Positions 53,762 through 63,773 of a stretch of DNA of 64,000 nt are shown here, piece by piece. A program made the translations under genes and the position numbers. The first letter of the stretch is position 1, and every line of letters begins with the position of its first letter. The notes beneath the pieces are model-generated. The model saw only the letters and a program-made list of their open reading frames with translations. It was not told the origin of the DNA and searched no databases. This DNA is from Sedimentisphaerales bacterium (GTDB taxonomy: Bacteria > Planctomycetota > Phycisphaerae > Sedimentisphaerales > SM23-30), in the NCBI GenBank assembly GCA_963666285.1, contig OY762711.1. One strand, given 5' to 3'.

Positions 53762-54216
53762 TGTTACTTGAATCTCATCAACGGCATTAAAATTTTATAT
53801 AGAAATATAGTTTATTAATATATTTCCATTATATTGATGGCTAACAACTAAGTCAATATATAATAAGATTGCTTTTGTGTTAGATAAAGCATTAAGCTGT
53901 TATGGATATAATATAAGTGATATAAATTACCTAGTTTAGAAAATGGTAAATATCTTGTAAATAATATATTTACCTCAAAACACTATAATAACTGTACTTA
54001 AAAGCGTAATGAGATATTTACGATGCGAGATGGGGTGGCAAGATGTGATTTGATATATTGATATTACTCTGAATGATATAAATACAGCAAAAAACACAAA
54101 ATATGTCAATATATCATAAGTATATATTGCTATCTCCTATTTTTTTTGGAGATTTTATATGTTAATATTTTATTATCACAGTTAAGAGAAAATTCTTTAG
54201 ATGGAGATCTACTCAT

Positions 54217-56520
54217 TTGCTTAAGTTTTCGGAAGATAATTGGAATATTATAGAAAATGACTTTTCTTTAGATTTAGTTATGGCTTATGAAGCACTTATG
54301 TCTCAAGGCAATGGCTTTATGCATATCAGGGGTTCACATGAGGAACAACTTGGCAATTATGATCCATCAAGAGAGTATTGGAGAATGCCTGCAAATGTTA
54401 CTGCTGAAGATTTTTCGGAATCTGAATGTAAGTATGGCTTTTATATCCCTGGAATCTATGGAGAGCATCCAATTTTAGGGCAGGAATTGGTAAATCTACC
54501 ACATTTCCTGAGAGTTTCTTTTTGTGCTGATAACGAAGAGTTATCTCTGGATAATTCGAAAATATCAAATTATTCACGGGTTTTTGACTTAAAAACGGCG
54601 ACATTAACAAGAAGTTTTATATGGCATACAGTTTCTGGTGCAAATATATCCTTAAAATTCTGTCGTTATATTAGTGCAAGCCATCTAAATATCTGTATGC
54701 AGAAGATTACGATAATTAGCGATATTGATATAGATATATCAGTTACATCAGAGATTAATGCCAATGTTCGCACAAATGGATTTAATCACTTCAAACAAAT
54801 AGATTTAGAAGAAATAGAGCCCAATATAGCAGGCTGTACTGTTAAAACAGACAATGATACGGTAAGTATTGTCTCCCGAGTTATTGCTCATTCAGATAAA
54901 TATTTTAATCAAAATTCAGGGAATAAAAATCAGATAAGATTTGTTCTTAATATTAAGGCAAACGAAGAAAGTATTGTTGAAAAACATACTCATGTTGAAG
55001 CATCGAATAATATAAATGCGGCTGGTATTTTTCTGGAGAGCGAAGAGGTAACATTTGACAGCTTATATGATTTACATGTCGCGATATGGCAAAGCTGGTG
55101 GGATAAAGCTAATATTATAATTGAAGGAGATTCGAACTCTCAGTTTGCAATCAGGCTATCAATATATCATTTATTAAGATGCAGGGTATTGAAACAGGTA
55201 TCTATCGACGCAAAAGGCTACTCTGGCGATGCATATTTCGGGAGGTTTTTCTGGGATACAGAAATATTTATGCTTCCGTTTTACCTATACACTTTTCCGG
55301 AAACAGCAAAGAATCTTCTTCAATTCAGGGTGAACACACTCAGTGGCGCCATGGAAAATGCGCAAAAATATGGGTATTCAGGTGCAAAATATGCCTGGGA
55401 ATCATCAATGACCGGCGTTGAGCAATGTGCTTGCTGGCAATATGCAGACCATGAGATACATATAGGTGCCGATATTGCATATGCCCTTGATAATTATCGC
55501 AGAGTTGTGGATGAAAACTTTATTGATGATAAAATTGCAAAAGTTATTGTTGAAATAGCCAGGTTTTATCTATCCAGGATAGATTATGATGAAATAAATG
55601 GTAAGGCAAATCTTTTCGGAGTTATGGGGCCGGATGAGTATACCCCAATTTCAGATAACAATGCTTATACCAACTGGCTGGTTCGGTTTACTTTAAAATT
55701 AGCAGCCAACATAGGAAAACTGGCCGGTATAAGCGATATTGAAAAGGCTAATTTTATAGATAATGCATTGAATTTATGCATACCACGTAAAAATGATGAT
55801 TTAGTTCTGCAGTGTGATAATTTTGACGAGTTAGCGGAATTTGATTTTGATAAATTCTGGCCTGAACGCAAAGGTGTAATTGCATCAAAGGTGTCACAAG
55901 AGCGTATCTACAGGTCAAAATGTCTAAAACAGGCAGATGTTATTATGCTTATGATGTTATTCAACAAGCATTTTTCTCAGAATGAGATTCTTGCAGCCTG
56001 GAATTACTATTTGCCCTTTACCACACATGATTCATCTCTGTCAGTTGCAGTTCACGCAAAAGTTGCGTTGCTGCTGGGTAAAATTGGGCATGCTATTGAC
56101 TTTTGGAAGAAAAGTATAGCGATTGATTTTGACCTGGCAGCAAAGGGTAGTGAACAAGGTGTTCATATAGCCTCATATGGGATGAACTGGCAATTAATGG
56201 TATTTGGTTTTGGTGGTGTAGATAAAGATTCAGAAGATGGAATTTTGAGAATCGCGCCAATATTGCCAGACGAATGGAGCAGGCTGGCATTTCCATTGAT
56301 CTGGCAGGGCAATAATGTATTTATTGACATTTCCCAAACTGAAATAATTGTCGCTAATTACGGGCCAAAAGCATTTGATTTGCAGTATAGAGGAAGATTA
56401 GAACATATTTCCTCGAATAGTTATATAATAATCAAGTATAATAATGGAAGTAACGATAATGATGTTATTTCTGAAATAAAGAGAGTAGAATATGATAAAA
56501 GGGGTAATTTTCGACCTTGA
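54217..56520 (+). CDS. GH65 glycoside phosphorylase (kojibiose/nigerose/maltose-type)
   Basis: GNGFMHIRG..EE, AKGYSGDAYFGRFFWDTE, VMGPDEY, KQADV, HDSSLS; TTG start after GGAG. Confidence 0.9.
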   Translation: MLKFSEDNWNIIENDFSLDLVMAYEALMSQGNGFMHIRGSHEEQLGNYDPSREYWRMPANVTAEDFSESECKYGFYIPGIYGEHPILGQELVNLPHFLRVSFCADNEELSLDNSKISNYSRVFDLKTATLTRSFIWHTVSGANISLKFCRYISASHLNICMQKITIISDIDIDISVTSEINANVRTNGFNHFKQIDLEEIEPNIAGCTVKTDNDTVSIVSRVIAHSDKYFNQNSGNKNQIRFVLNIKANEESIVEKHTHVEASNNINAAGIFLESEEVTFDSLYDLHVAIWQSWWDKANIIIEGDSNSQFAIRLSIYHLLRCRVLKQVSIDAKGYSGDAYFGRFFWDTEIFMLPFYLYTFPETAKNLLQFRVNTLSGAMENAQKYGYSGAKYAWESSMTGVEQCACWQYADHEIHIGADIAYALDNYRRVVDENFIDDKIAKVIVEIARFYLSRIDYDEINGKANLFGVMGPDEYTPISDNNAYTNWLVRFTLKLAANIGKLAGISDIEKANFIDNALNLCIPRKNDDLVLQCDNFDELAEFDFDKFWPERKGVIASKVSQERIYRSKCLKQADVIMLMMLFNKHFSQNEILAAWNYYLPFTTHDSSLSVAVHAKVALLLGKIGHAIDFWKKSIAIDFDLAAKGSEQGVHIASYGMNWQLMVFGFGGVDKDSEDGILRIAPILPDEWSRLAFPLIWQGNNVFIDISQTEIIVANYGPKAFDLQYRGRLEHISSNSYIIIKYNNGSNDNDVISEIKRVEYDKRGNFRP

Positions 56521-57136
56521 TGGTGTGATTGTTAAAACTGATGATATGCACTATAAAGCCTGGAGCAAGATTGCCAGTGAAGAAAACATATATTTTGATA
56601 TGAATATAAATCATAAGTTAAGAGGTGTAAGCAGGCTGGAAAGCTTAAATATTATTTTAGAAAAATCAAATAAAGACTATAATTCTCAGCAAAAAATGGA
56701 ACTGGCAGATAGGAAAAATAATTTTTATAAAGAATATATTAGCCTATTGAATAGTTCTGACCTGCTGTCCGGCGTAAATGAGGTATTGTCAGAATTAAAA
56801 AATAGAGGATTTAAAATAGCAATAGGATCGTCAAGTAAAAATGCCGATTTTATTATAAATAAAATTGGTCTTGAGAATATTTTTGATATTATAATTAGCG
56901 GCAAGGACATAAAAAAGACAAAACCCGATCCGGAAATATTTAGCCTTGCTGCCCAAAAGATGATGCTTGAACCAGAGCATTGCGTTGTAGTAGAAGATGC
57001 AGAGGCTGGAATTGAAGCTGCAAAAGCAGCTGGAATGAAAGCTGTAGGAATAGGAAACCGAAGTATGTTAAAGAATGCAGATATTGTAATTTCAGGATTA
57101 GATGAGCCTGGTGTCCTAGATTTAATATTATGTTGA
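56492..57136 (+). CDS. pgmB: Beta-phosphoglucomutase
   Basis: IFDLDGVI..T...HY.AW, LRGVSR..SL, SSSKNA, KPDPEIF, VEDA.AGI. Confidence 0.92.
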   Translation: MIKGVIFDLDGVIVKTDDMHYKAWSKIASEENIYFDMNINHKLRGVSRLESLNIILEKSNKDYNSQQKMELADRKNNFYKEYISLLNSSDLLSGVNEVLSELKNRGFKIAIGSSSKNADFIINKIGLENIFDIIISGKDIKKTKPDPEIFSLAAQKMMLEPEHCVVVEDAEAGIEAAKAAGMKAVGIGNRSMLKNADIVISGLDEPGVLDLILC

Positions 57137-57150
57137 AGGGTTTTATGTGT

Positions 57151-58893
57151 ATGCTAGCTGAAATGAAATTAAGTACAATTGACCTGAGTATCCTGGTTGG
57201 ATATTTTATCCTAATTACTGTAGTTGGGCTATTAGTATCCAAGAAGGCTTCAGGTTCTATAAAAGAATATTTTCTTGGTGGAAGAAGTATTCCATGGTAC
57301 ATACTTGGATTATCGGGTATGGCTACTTTTGTAGACATTTCCGGAACAGCATTTCAAGTCAAATATTTTTATCTTTTAGGGGTTAAAGGTTACTGGGTCT
57401 GTTATATGGGAGCAACCGCTCTGGCTCTGGCATTTTTAATGATATTTACCGGTAAATGGTTGAATCGCTCGGGTGCTATGACAAATGCTGAATGGATGGC
57501 CTTCAGGTTTGGTAATGGTATCCAGGGACGTTTGGCACGTTTATTATCTGCGATATCCATAACAGTTATAGTAATTGCATTCCTGGCATACTTTTTTGTA
57601 GGTGCGGCAAAAACATTACACCGTTATGTGCCATTTTTTGACAACCCCAATTATACAGCCCTTGCATTTTTTATTATAGTCATGTTGTATACTGTGGCAG
57701 CAGGTTTTTATGGCGTAGTATATACTGATATGATTCAGGCATTTCTAATTATTTTTATTGTTGGTTATATTACCTATAAAGCAATGGTAATTGGTACTCC
57801 TGAATATTACGGACAATATGCCGATACCGGGTGGAGGGAGTATGTTTCAAATGACATGAATAGTATAAAAACAGACTTTGGCCCGCTAGGAACAATGATA
57901 ATTATCTGGTTTTTCTTCAATAATTTCTTCCAGGGATTTGCGACTCCTTTTGATGCGTGGACTTCCCAGCGTTATTATGCAGCTAAAGATGAAAGGGAAA
58001 GCTCTCTGGTAGCCTGCCAATGGATCAGTCTGTTCAGCTTGAGGTTTTTACTGATGATGGGTTTTGGTGTTTTAGCCATAGGAATAAAAGATAAAATATC
58101 TGACCCGGAGATGGCTTTATCTGCTGTGATAGATAATCTTATACCCATAGGACTGAAAGGTCTACTGTTAGCAGCTCTTCTCGCTGCTGCAATGAGTACT
58201 CTTGATTCTTTTGTCAATTCTTCTGCGGCATATTTCGTAAAAGACATTTACCAGGAATTTATAAATCCTACCGCCTCAGAAAAAGAATTGATGAAAGCCA
58301 GTTATATTGTAACTTTTACAGTTATGGTATTAGGGATAATCATCGGCTGGAATGTAGAGAGCATAGGCAATATCTGGGGTTGGATATGTATGGGGCTATT
58401 TACCGGTATGCTGGTGCCAAATATTCTTAAATGGTTCTGGTGGAGATTTAATGGTATGGGGTTTGTTTTTGGAATGGCAACCGGTCTAATAATTGCACTA
58501 GCGCATGATTATGTTTTTGGCAAATGTTCGGATCATATGAAAGCCATTAATATTACATGGGTTTCTGCTGTTGGAACAATAATTGGTGTTTATGTTGGTA
58601 AACCGACAGGTATGGATGTTTTAATCAATTTTTATGAGAAATCAAGGCCATTTGGATTTTGGGGCAATGTTCGGAGACATTGTAACCAAGAGCTGGTTTG
58701 CGAAGCTGTAAAAGAGAATAAAAGAGATTTACTGTTGTTGATACCTGCTTGTTTATGGCAATTAACATTATTTTGTATGATGACTTCAATTGTAGTTAAA
58801 AGATGGGATGTATTCTTTGTTTCTGCATTTATTGTGGCTGTATTAAGTGTCGTGTTATATAAATACTGGTATAAAAATTTGAAAACTATCTAA
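57151..58893 (+). CDS. Sodium:solute symporter (SSS) family sugar transporter
   Basis: EYFLGGRSIPW, many TM helices, SQRYYAAKDE, AA.MST.DS; start uncertain (57130-57163). Confidence 0.88.
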   Translation: MLAEMKLSTIDLSILVGYFILITVVGLLVSKKASGSIKEYFLGGRSIPWYILGLSGMATFVDISGTAFQVKYFYLLGVKGYWVCYMGATALALAFLMIFTGKWLNRSGAMTNAEWMAFRFGNGIQGRLARLLSAISITVIVIAFLAYFFVGAAKTLHRYVPFFDNPNYTALAFFIIVMLYTVAAGFYGVVYTDMIQAFLIIFIVGYITYKAMVIGTPEYYGQYADTGWREYVSNDMNSIKTDFGPLGTMIIIWFFFNNFFQGFATPFDAWTSQRYYAAKDERESSLVACQWISLFSLRFLLMMGFGVLAIGIKDKISDPEMALSAVIDNLIPIGLKGLLLAALLAAAMSTLDSFVNSSAAYFVKDIYQEFINPTASEKELMKASYIVTFTVMVLGIIIGWNVESIGNIWGWICMGLFTGMLVPNILKWFWWRFNGMGFVFGMATGLIIALAHDYVFGKCSDHMKAINITWVSAVGTIIGVYVGKPTGMDVLINFYEKSRPFGFWGNVRRHCNQELVCEAVKENKRDLLLLIPACLWQLTLFCMMTSIVVKRWDVFFVSAFIVAVLSVVLYKYWYKNLKTI

Positions 58894-58915
58894 ATTAAAA
58901 AGGGCCTTAGTTATT

Positions 58916-61288
58916 ATGATAAGTATGAAAAAGATAATTCAAATACTATTATTGCTGTCAATAAACTTAACTCTGTCGGCATCAGAACTTGTTCTGAAAC
59001 CTGATAATGCTGAGTTGAATGGCGATGTTGGATTAAGCCAGGGCCTGATACAGTTCTGGCATGGCCTGGATAGCAGTGTTTCATGGAATGTGATATTTAA
59101 TGATCCAGGAGAAGTTAATGTTTCAATCTTCGTGGCATGCCCATCTGATTTCAGCGGCAGTGTAGTTGAAGTAAGCCTGGCCGGTCAATCTATCAGGTGT
59201 GAAATTACAAGCACAGATAGTTGGGCTGATTATCAGGAAAAAACAATTGGTAAATTTACAATTTCAGCTGCAGGTAAGTATAAAATATCTGTTAACCCGG
59301 TTTCAAAACCTAAAAGAGCAGTTGCCAATTTATCAAAAGCAATTTTATCCGGTGATGCTGTTAGAAGTGCAAGTGTAGGTAAAGTGCGAAGAAGAGATAT
59401 TGTTAGTACATTCGGGTGGGATGGTGATAAAGATGCAGCGATTGCTTATCCCGGCAGCTTTCTAATTCGTGATGGCAGACAATTTGAGGTTGGTTTCGAT
59501 GTTTTTGAAAAGCATACTACATATAAGTGGTACAATCACAGTGGTTATCTTCCCTGTTTAGTTACTGATTTTGATTATGATAATTGTAATATTAAAATAA
59601 TGAATTTTGGTGATAAAGTATGTATAGATGGAAATGATTTTGTTATTGCTTATAGCAGGGTATCAATTACTAATAATTCAGTTGAAACAAAAAATATAAA
59701 TCCAGGCGCATCAGGTCGTTTTATCAAACTTAATTCAGCAGGTAATACGATTCTTGCCGGCAATACAGTTAATCATGATTATGCTATTGTGCTTGACAGA
59801 TTTGGCAATTCATTTTCTTTGCCAGGAGATGATGATATTTGTGCTGCCGGTTCATGGGATGAACATTTTTTGCATATGAAAGCGTATTGGAATCAGAAAC
59901 TGTCTGAAATTGCAATTGTTGAAACGCCTGATCAGGAATTAAATGATGCATACAAAGCCGGTTATATTTATACATATATAGTAAAAGACGGATTAAATAC
60001 CCATGTAGGTGAAAATGGGTATGACCAGATGTGGGATCATGATGCTGTTGGTATTCTGGCAACGCTATTAACAATGGGTGATTTTAGAGAAGCCAAGCAA
60101 TTGTTAGACGTATTACCTATAAGTCTTCAATATGACGATGGAACCTGGAAATATTCATGGCCATTTGCATTATATTTGCTAAAAACAGGTGATAAGGGGC
60201 CGGCATTAAAACATTGGAAAGATATTAAAATGTCTGCACATAAGATATCAGCAGACAGAACCGGTCCTGGTGGTATCATGAAGGTTACAAATGATATCGA
60301 TACCCATGGACTTTGGACTATTGATAACTGGTCCGGTATGTTTGGACTGGCTTGTTATAATTGGCTATGTAAGGAGTTAGGTGAAACGGAAGAAGCATTA
60401 TGGGCTTCAAAGGAATATGCTGAATTCCATGATGTTGTGAATAAAACATTAGAAAATACACTAGAAGAATACAATATCAATTATATTCCTGCGTCTATCG
60501 TTGGGCCAAACAGCAAAAACAGGTGTAATACACCAAATGACGCAAATTGGGCAGCCCACTTCTTTTTTGGCCGATGGGCCTGGGACGGCTGGCTGGCAGG
60601 TGCCAAACAGGCAGGTGCCAATCTTGATTTAATTGATGCAACGTATGATTATGGATTTGGCAGATTAAAAGAGGCTGGATATCCACCTCATACCTATGGC
60701 GGTTATGCCGGATATTGTACAGCATATAATGCCGGTTATGCCGGTGCGGCTTTGCGAGGCGAGCGATATCGAACAGAAGGTGTTCGGAACTACCAATTTA
60801 TGATATCAAATGCCCAGAGCGGGCCATACTCATGGTGGGAAGGTATTTTGAATCCATCAGATACTGAATGGGAGGGAATACATCCTTCCGGCGGTACAGG
60901 TTCATGTCCGCATATGTGGGGGCAATCATGTATTTCAAAAGTTCTACTGGAGTCGATTGCAGCCGAGTTTTATGATGGCACATTATTAGTTGGTAGAGGT
61001 GTGCCAAGTGAATGGCTAAGTAAAGGTGAAATCATTAAAGTGAATAATTTTCCGGTAAACGGCAACAATAGAGTTGATATTATGATTAAATCTTTGTCGC
61101 CAAATACCATACTGATGTCAGTTGACGGAGAAATGAACAATAGCAATAATATTATTTTCAATCTTCCTTTGATGAAGGATAATATCAAGTCAGTATCGGT
61201 CGGCACTTTTGATCAGAATGATGGAAAAGTGATATTAAGTCCTGGTAATGATAATGTTATTGTAACGCTTAAAAAGAATTTGTATTGA
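58916..61288 (+). CDS. Secreted putative (alpha/alpha)6 glycoside hydrolase of unassigned family with N-terminal CBM6/35-like domain
   Basis: Signal peptide; beta-sandwich (STDSWADY...GKY.I); YDQMWDHD, WTIDNWS, WWEG, CPHMWG acidic/aromatic motifs; position in the GH65 operon. Confidence 0.55.
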   Translation: MISMKKIIQILLLLSINLTLSASELVLKPDNAELNGDVGLSQGLIQFWHGLDSSVSWNVIFNDPGEVNVSIFVACPSDFSGSVVEVSLAGQSIRCEITSTDSWADYQEKTIGKFTISAAGKYKISVNPVSKPKRAVANLSKAILSGDAVRSASVGKVRRRDIVSTFGWDGDKDAAIAYPGSFLIRDGRQFEVGFDVFEKHTTYKWYNHSGYLPCLVTDFDYDNCNIKIMNFGDKVCIDGNDFVIAYSRVSITNNSVETKNINPGASGRFIKLNSAGNTILAGNTVNHDYAIVLDRFGNSFSLPGDDDICAAGSWDEHFLHMKAYWNQKLSEIAIVETPDQELNDAYKAGYIYTYIVKDGLNTHVGENGYDQMWDHDAVGILATLLTMGDFREAKQLLDVLPISLQYDDGTWKYSWPFALYLLKTGDKGPALKHWKDIKMSAHKISADRTGPGGIMKVTNDIDTHGLWTIDNWSGMFGLACYNWLCKELGETEEALWASKEYAEFHDVVNKTLENTLEEYNINYIPASIVGPNSKNRCNTPNDANWAAHFFFGRWAWDGWLAGAKQAGANLDLIDATYDYGFGRLKEAGYPPHTYGGYAGYCTAYNAGYAGAALRGERYRTEGVRNYQFMISNAQSGPYSWWEGILNPSDTEWEGIHPSGGTGSCPHMWGQSCISKVLLESIAAEFYDGTLLVGRGVPSEWLSKGEIIKVNNFPVNGNNRVDIMIKSLSPNTILMSVDGEMNNSNNIIFNLPLMKDNIKSVSVGTFDQNDGKVILSPGNDNVIVTLKKNLY

Positions 61289-61424
61289 AAGTCATATGTT
61301 TGACTTTCTTAATGTTTTGAAAATATATCTTTTAACACTGATTGAAAGGAGGAGTAAATTGTATTTTAAAGGTGAATTGTTTTATTTAGTTTTAAGAATT
61401 CCTAATTTGTCGATGGAGGTAACC

Positions 61425-63566
61425 ATGTTTAAGAAAGTTTGTATTTGTTTGTTGTCTTGCTTATTATTTGTTTCATCTTCATATGCCGTTGAATCATCAT
61501 ATGAAGGATTTGAAGGCTATTCAGAGGGTAATTTAGTGGGGCTGGAAGTTCTTGGATCCGGGTATGCTGCTGATGCTGTATGGAAGTCATTTGGCAGCGA
61601 AGTTACTTATCAAGCGGAAGGCCTGACTTATCCGGGCTTGCCCACAACTGGTGGATCAATTATTACTATTGATAGCAGCAGTGCATTGTATGCCAATCTG
61701 GATTTATCGGAATCTGGTCCTTTTGCTGACCTTATCGGTATATCTGGCGAAACCACATTAGTTGGTGGTGGTGATTTTGAAGGTCAGGTTTATATTAGTT
61801 TCCTGGTACAGGGTGAATATAATAACAACTGGGGTGGAATGACACTTTACAATCCGGGAGAAGTTATATTATTTGGTCGCACATACCAGAATACCTATTT
61901 TTCTACAACGCTTAGTGGAGATCCTGCAATTGGTGATCCCGGAACTGTATTTGACACTACCAAGACTCATTTAATTATTGCAAAAATAGATTTTAATGCT
62001 AATAAAGATGACGTTGTAAGTGTTTGGATTGATCCAGACTTGAGAGTAAATGAAGCCAGTCAGGCTCCTACAATAAAAACTGTCGGTCAAAAATCTGATG
62101 TAGGATTTAATTTTGCGGTATTTCGTGGTGATGGAGAATGGCATTATGATGAGTTGAGGATTGGAAAAGCATGGCGAGATGTTATTGGTGACAGAAAATC
62201 AGCAATAGTATCGTACCCTCCAGATGGAGGTAAAGATGTATTAGTTAGTTCAACTCTTGCCTGGACTGCCGGTGAAGAAGCTGTACCATCGGAATATAAA
62301 GTATATATATCAGATACAACAGATCAGCTAACAGAAAGTGACTTTGTAGCAACTACTTCAGATGCCTGGTATACACCGTCTGTAGAGTTTGGCAAGGATA
62401 AAACATATTATTGGCGAGTTGATTCAATAATAATGGAAAATAACGAGCCAAATACAATTACTGGTGCTGTTTGGAATTTTGACACAGAAATGACTGTACC
62501 AGTTATTAATTCCATATCCGGTTCACTGTTTGGTGCAGTAGGTGAAACAGTTTCAATTGAAGTTAATGCGACTGATCCGCTTGGTGGAGAGCTGAATTAC
62601 TCCTGGTTTATTGGTGAAGCGGGGGATACGAGTACTCCAACAGGAACAAACAGTTCTATATTAGATGTTGAAATTACCGATTCCAGCATATTTTCTAACA
62701 AGTACTGGTGCCAGGTATCAAATGCAGGAGCTTCAGCTAATACAGAATCTGTCATGATACTGGAAAAAATCATGCTGGCTCATTTGCCTTTAGAAAGCAC
62801 GACTGACCCTAATAATATAGTTAATGGTGCGCCAAAAGTATCTGTTTATATAAATCCAAGCAACAGCTCTGGTAATGTCAGCCAAGTTGATGGTGTTGTA
62901 GGTAAAGCAGTTCAGTTTTATCAGTCAGCAATCGTTTTTGATCCTCAAAAAGCGAGTTACTTTGACACTATGAATAAATATTGTACTGTAAGCTGCTGGG
63001 TTAAGACCGATAGAATTGACGACTGGAGAGCTATTATTTCACGTCATGGCGAATCTAATGGCTGGCAGTTACGTGAAGTATGGTATTCAAAGACCTTAGG
63101 ATTTACCACTCGTGGAGTGGAATCTAGTACTGATGGCAGCGAATCTGGATTCATAATCAGTGATGGTCAATGGCATTTCGTTGCGGCAACATTTAATAGT
63201 GGTACTGGTTATAAATCTGTATATATTGATGGCCTTAAAAGGGTGACAGATTTTACTGGATTACTGCCTATTTCTGATTCACCTGCCCCGGTAGTGGTTG
63301 CTGCCAGGTCGAGTAATGACGGACCGACAAGTTATACGATTAACGACTATTGTGACAATTTAATGATTGATGAAGTTAAATTGTATAATTATCCAATGAC
63401 TGATGCTGAAGTTGCCGATCAATATTCTGCAGTTGTTGGTACTTTCTGTGTTAACGATTTGCAGGCAGACATTAATAATGACTGTAATGTAGATATAGTT
63501 GATTTCTCATTATTGGCTTCAGAATGGCTGGATTGTTCGGCATATCCAGGCTGTTATGAATTCTAA
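61425..63566 (+). CDS. Secreted non-catalytic protein: beta-sandwich N-domain, FN3-like, Ig, LamG, single dockerin-like tag
   Basis: Signal peptide after GGAGG; YDELRIGKAW; YYWRVD; DGQWHFVAATF, IDEVKLYNY; ADINNDCNVDIVDFSLLASEWLDC. Confidence 0.78.
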   Translation: MFKKVCICLLSCLLFVSSSYAVESSYEGFEGYSEGNLVGLEVLGSGYAADAVWKSFGSEVTYQAEGLTYPGLPTTGGSIITIDSSSALYANLDLSESGPFADLIGISGETTLVGGGDFEGQVYISFLVQGEYNNNWGGMTLYNPGEVILFGRTYQNTYFSTTLSGDPAIGDPGTVFDTTKTHLIIAKIDFNANKDDVVSVWIDPDLRVNEASQAPTIKTVGQKSDVGFNFAVFRGDGEWHYDELRIGKAWRDVIGDRKSAIVSYPPDGGKDVLVSSTLAWTAGEEAVPSEYKVYISDTTDQLTESDFVATTSDAWYTPSVEFGKDKTYYWRVDSIIMENNEPNTITGAVWNFDTEMTVPVINSISGSLFGAVGETVSIEVNATDPLGGELNYSWFIGEAGDTSTPTGTNSSILDVEITDSSIFSNKYWCQVSNAGASANTESVMILEKIMLAHLPLESTTDPNNIVNGAPKVSVYINPSNSSGNVSQVDGVVGKAVQFYQSAIVFDPQKASYFDTMNKYCTVSCWVKTDRIDDWRAIISRHGESNGWQLREVWYSKTLGFTTRGVESSTDGSESGFIISDGQWHFVAATFNSGTGYKSVYIDGLKRVTDFTGLLPISDSPAPVVVAARSSNDGPTSYTINDYCDNLMIDEVKLYNYPMTDAEVADQYSAVVGTFCVNDLQADINNDCNVDIVDFSLLASEWLDCSAYPGCYEF

Positions 63567-63603
63567 TAATATTCAAGTCAACATATAGATTATTTAGAGC
63601 CTG

Positions 63604-63641
63604 GGGCTGGGTATATACAATGTATCCAGCCCTGTTTTTTT
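63604..63641 (+). terminator. Rho-independent terminator
   Basis: GGGCTGGGTATA...TGTATCCAGCCC-TGTTTTTTT. Confidence 0.75.
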
Positions 63642-63657
63642 ATTGCAACAGGTTTAG

Positions 63658-63773
63658 AGTGCGGTTTATGCTACGCATCATATGCAAAGGCCAGAACAGG
63701 GCCAACTAAGTGAAAAATGATTATTGAAAAGTGAAAAATTATGGTGTTCGACTATCGTCTCACGCTTTGTTTT
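63658..63773 (+). repeat. Composite repeat: family B + purine heptamer tract + family C hairpin
   Basis: AGTGCGGTTTATGCTACGCATCATATG...AAGTGAAAAATGATTATTGAAAAGTGAAAAATTAT-GGTGTTCGACTATCGTCTCAC-GCTTTGTTTT. Confidence 0.7.
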
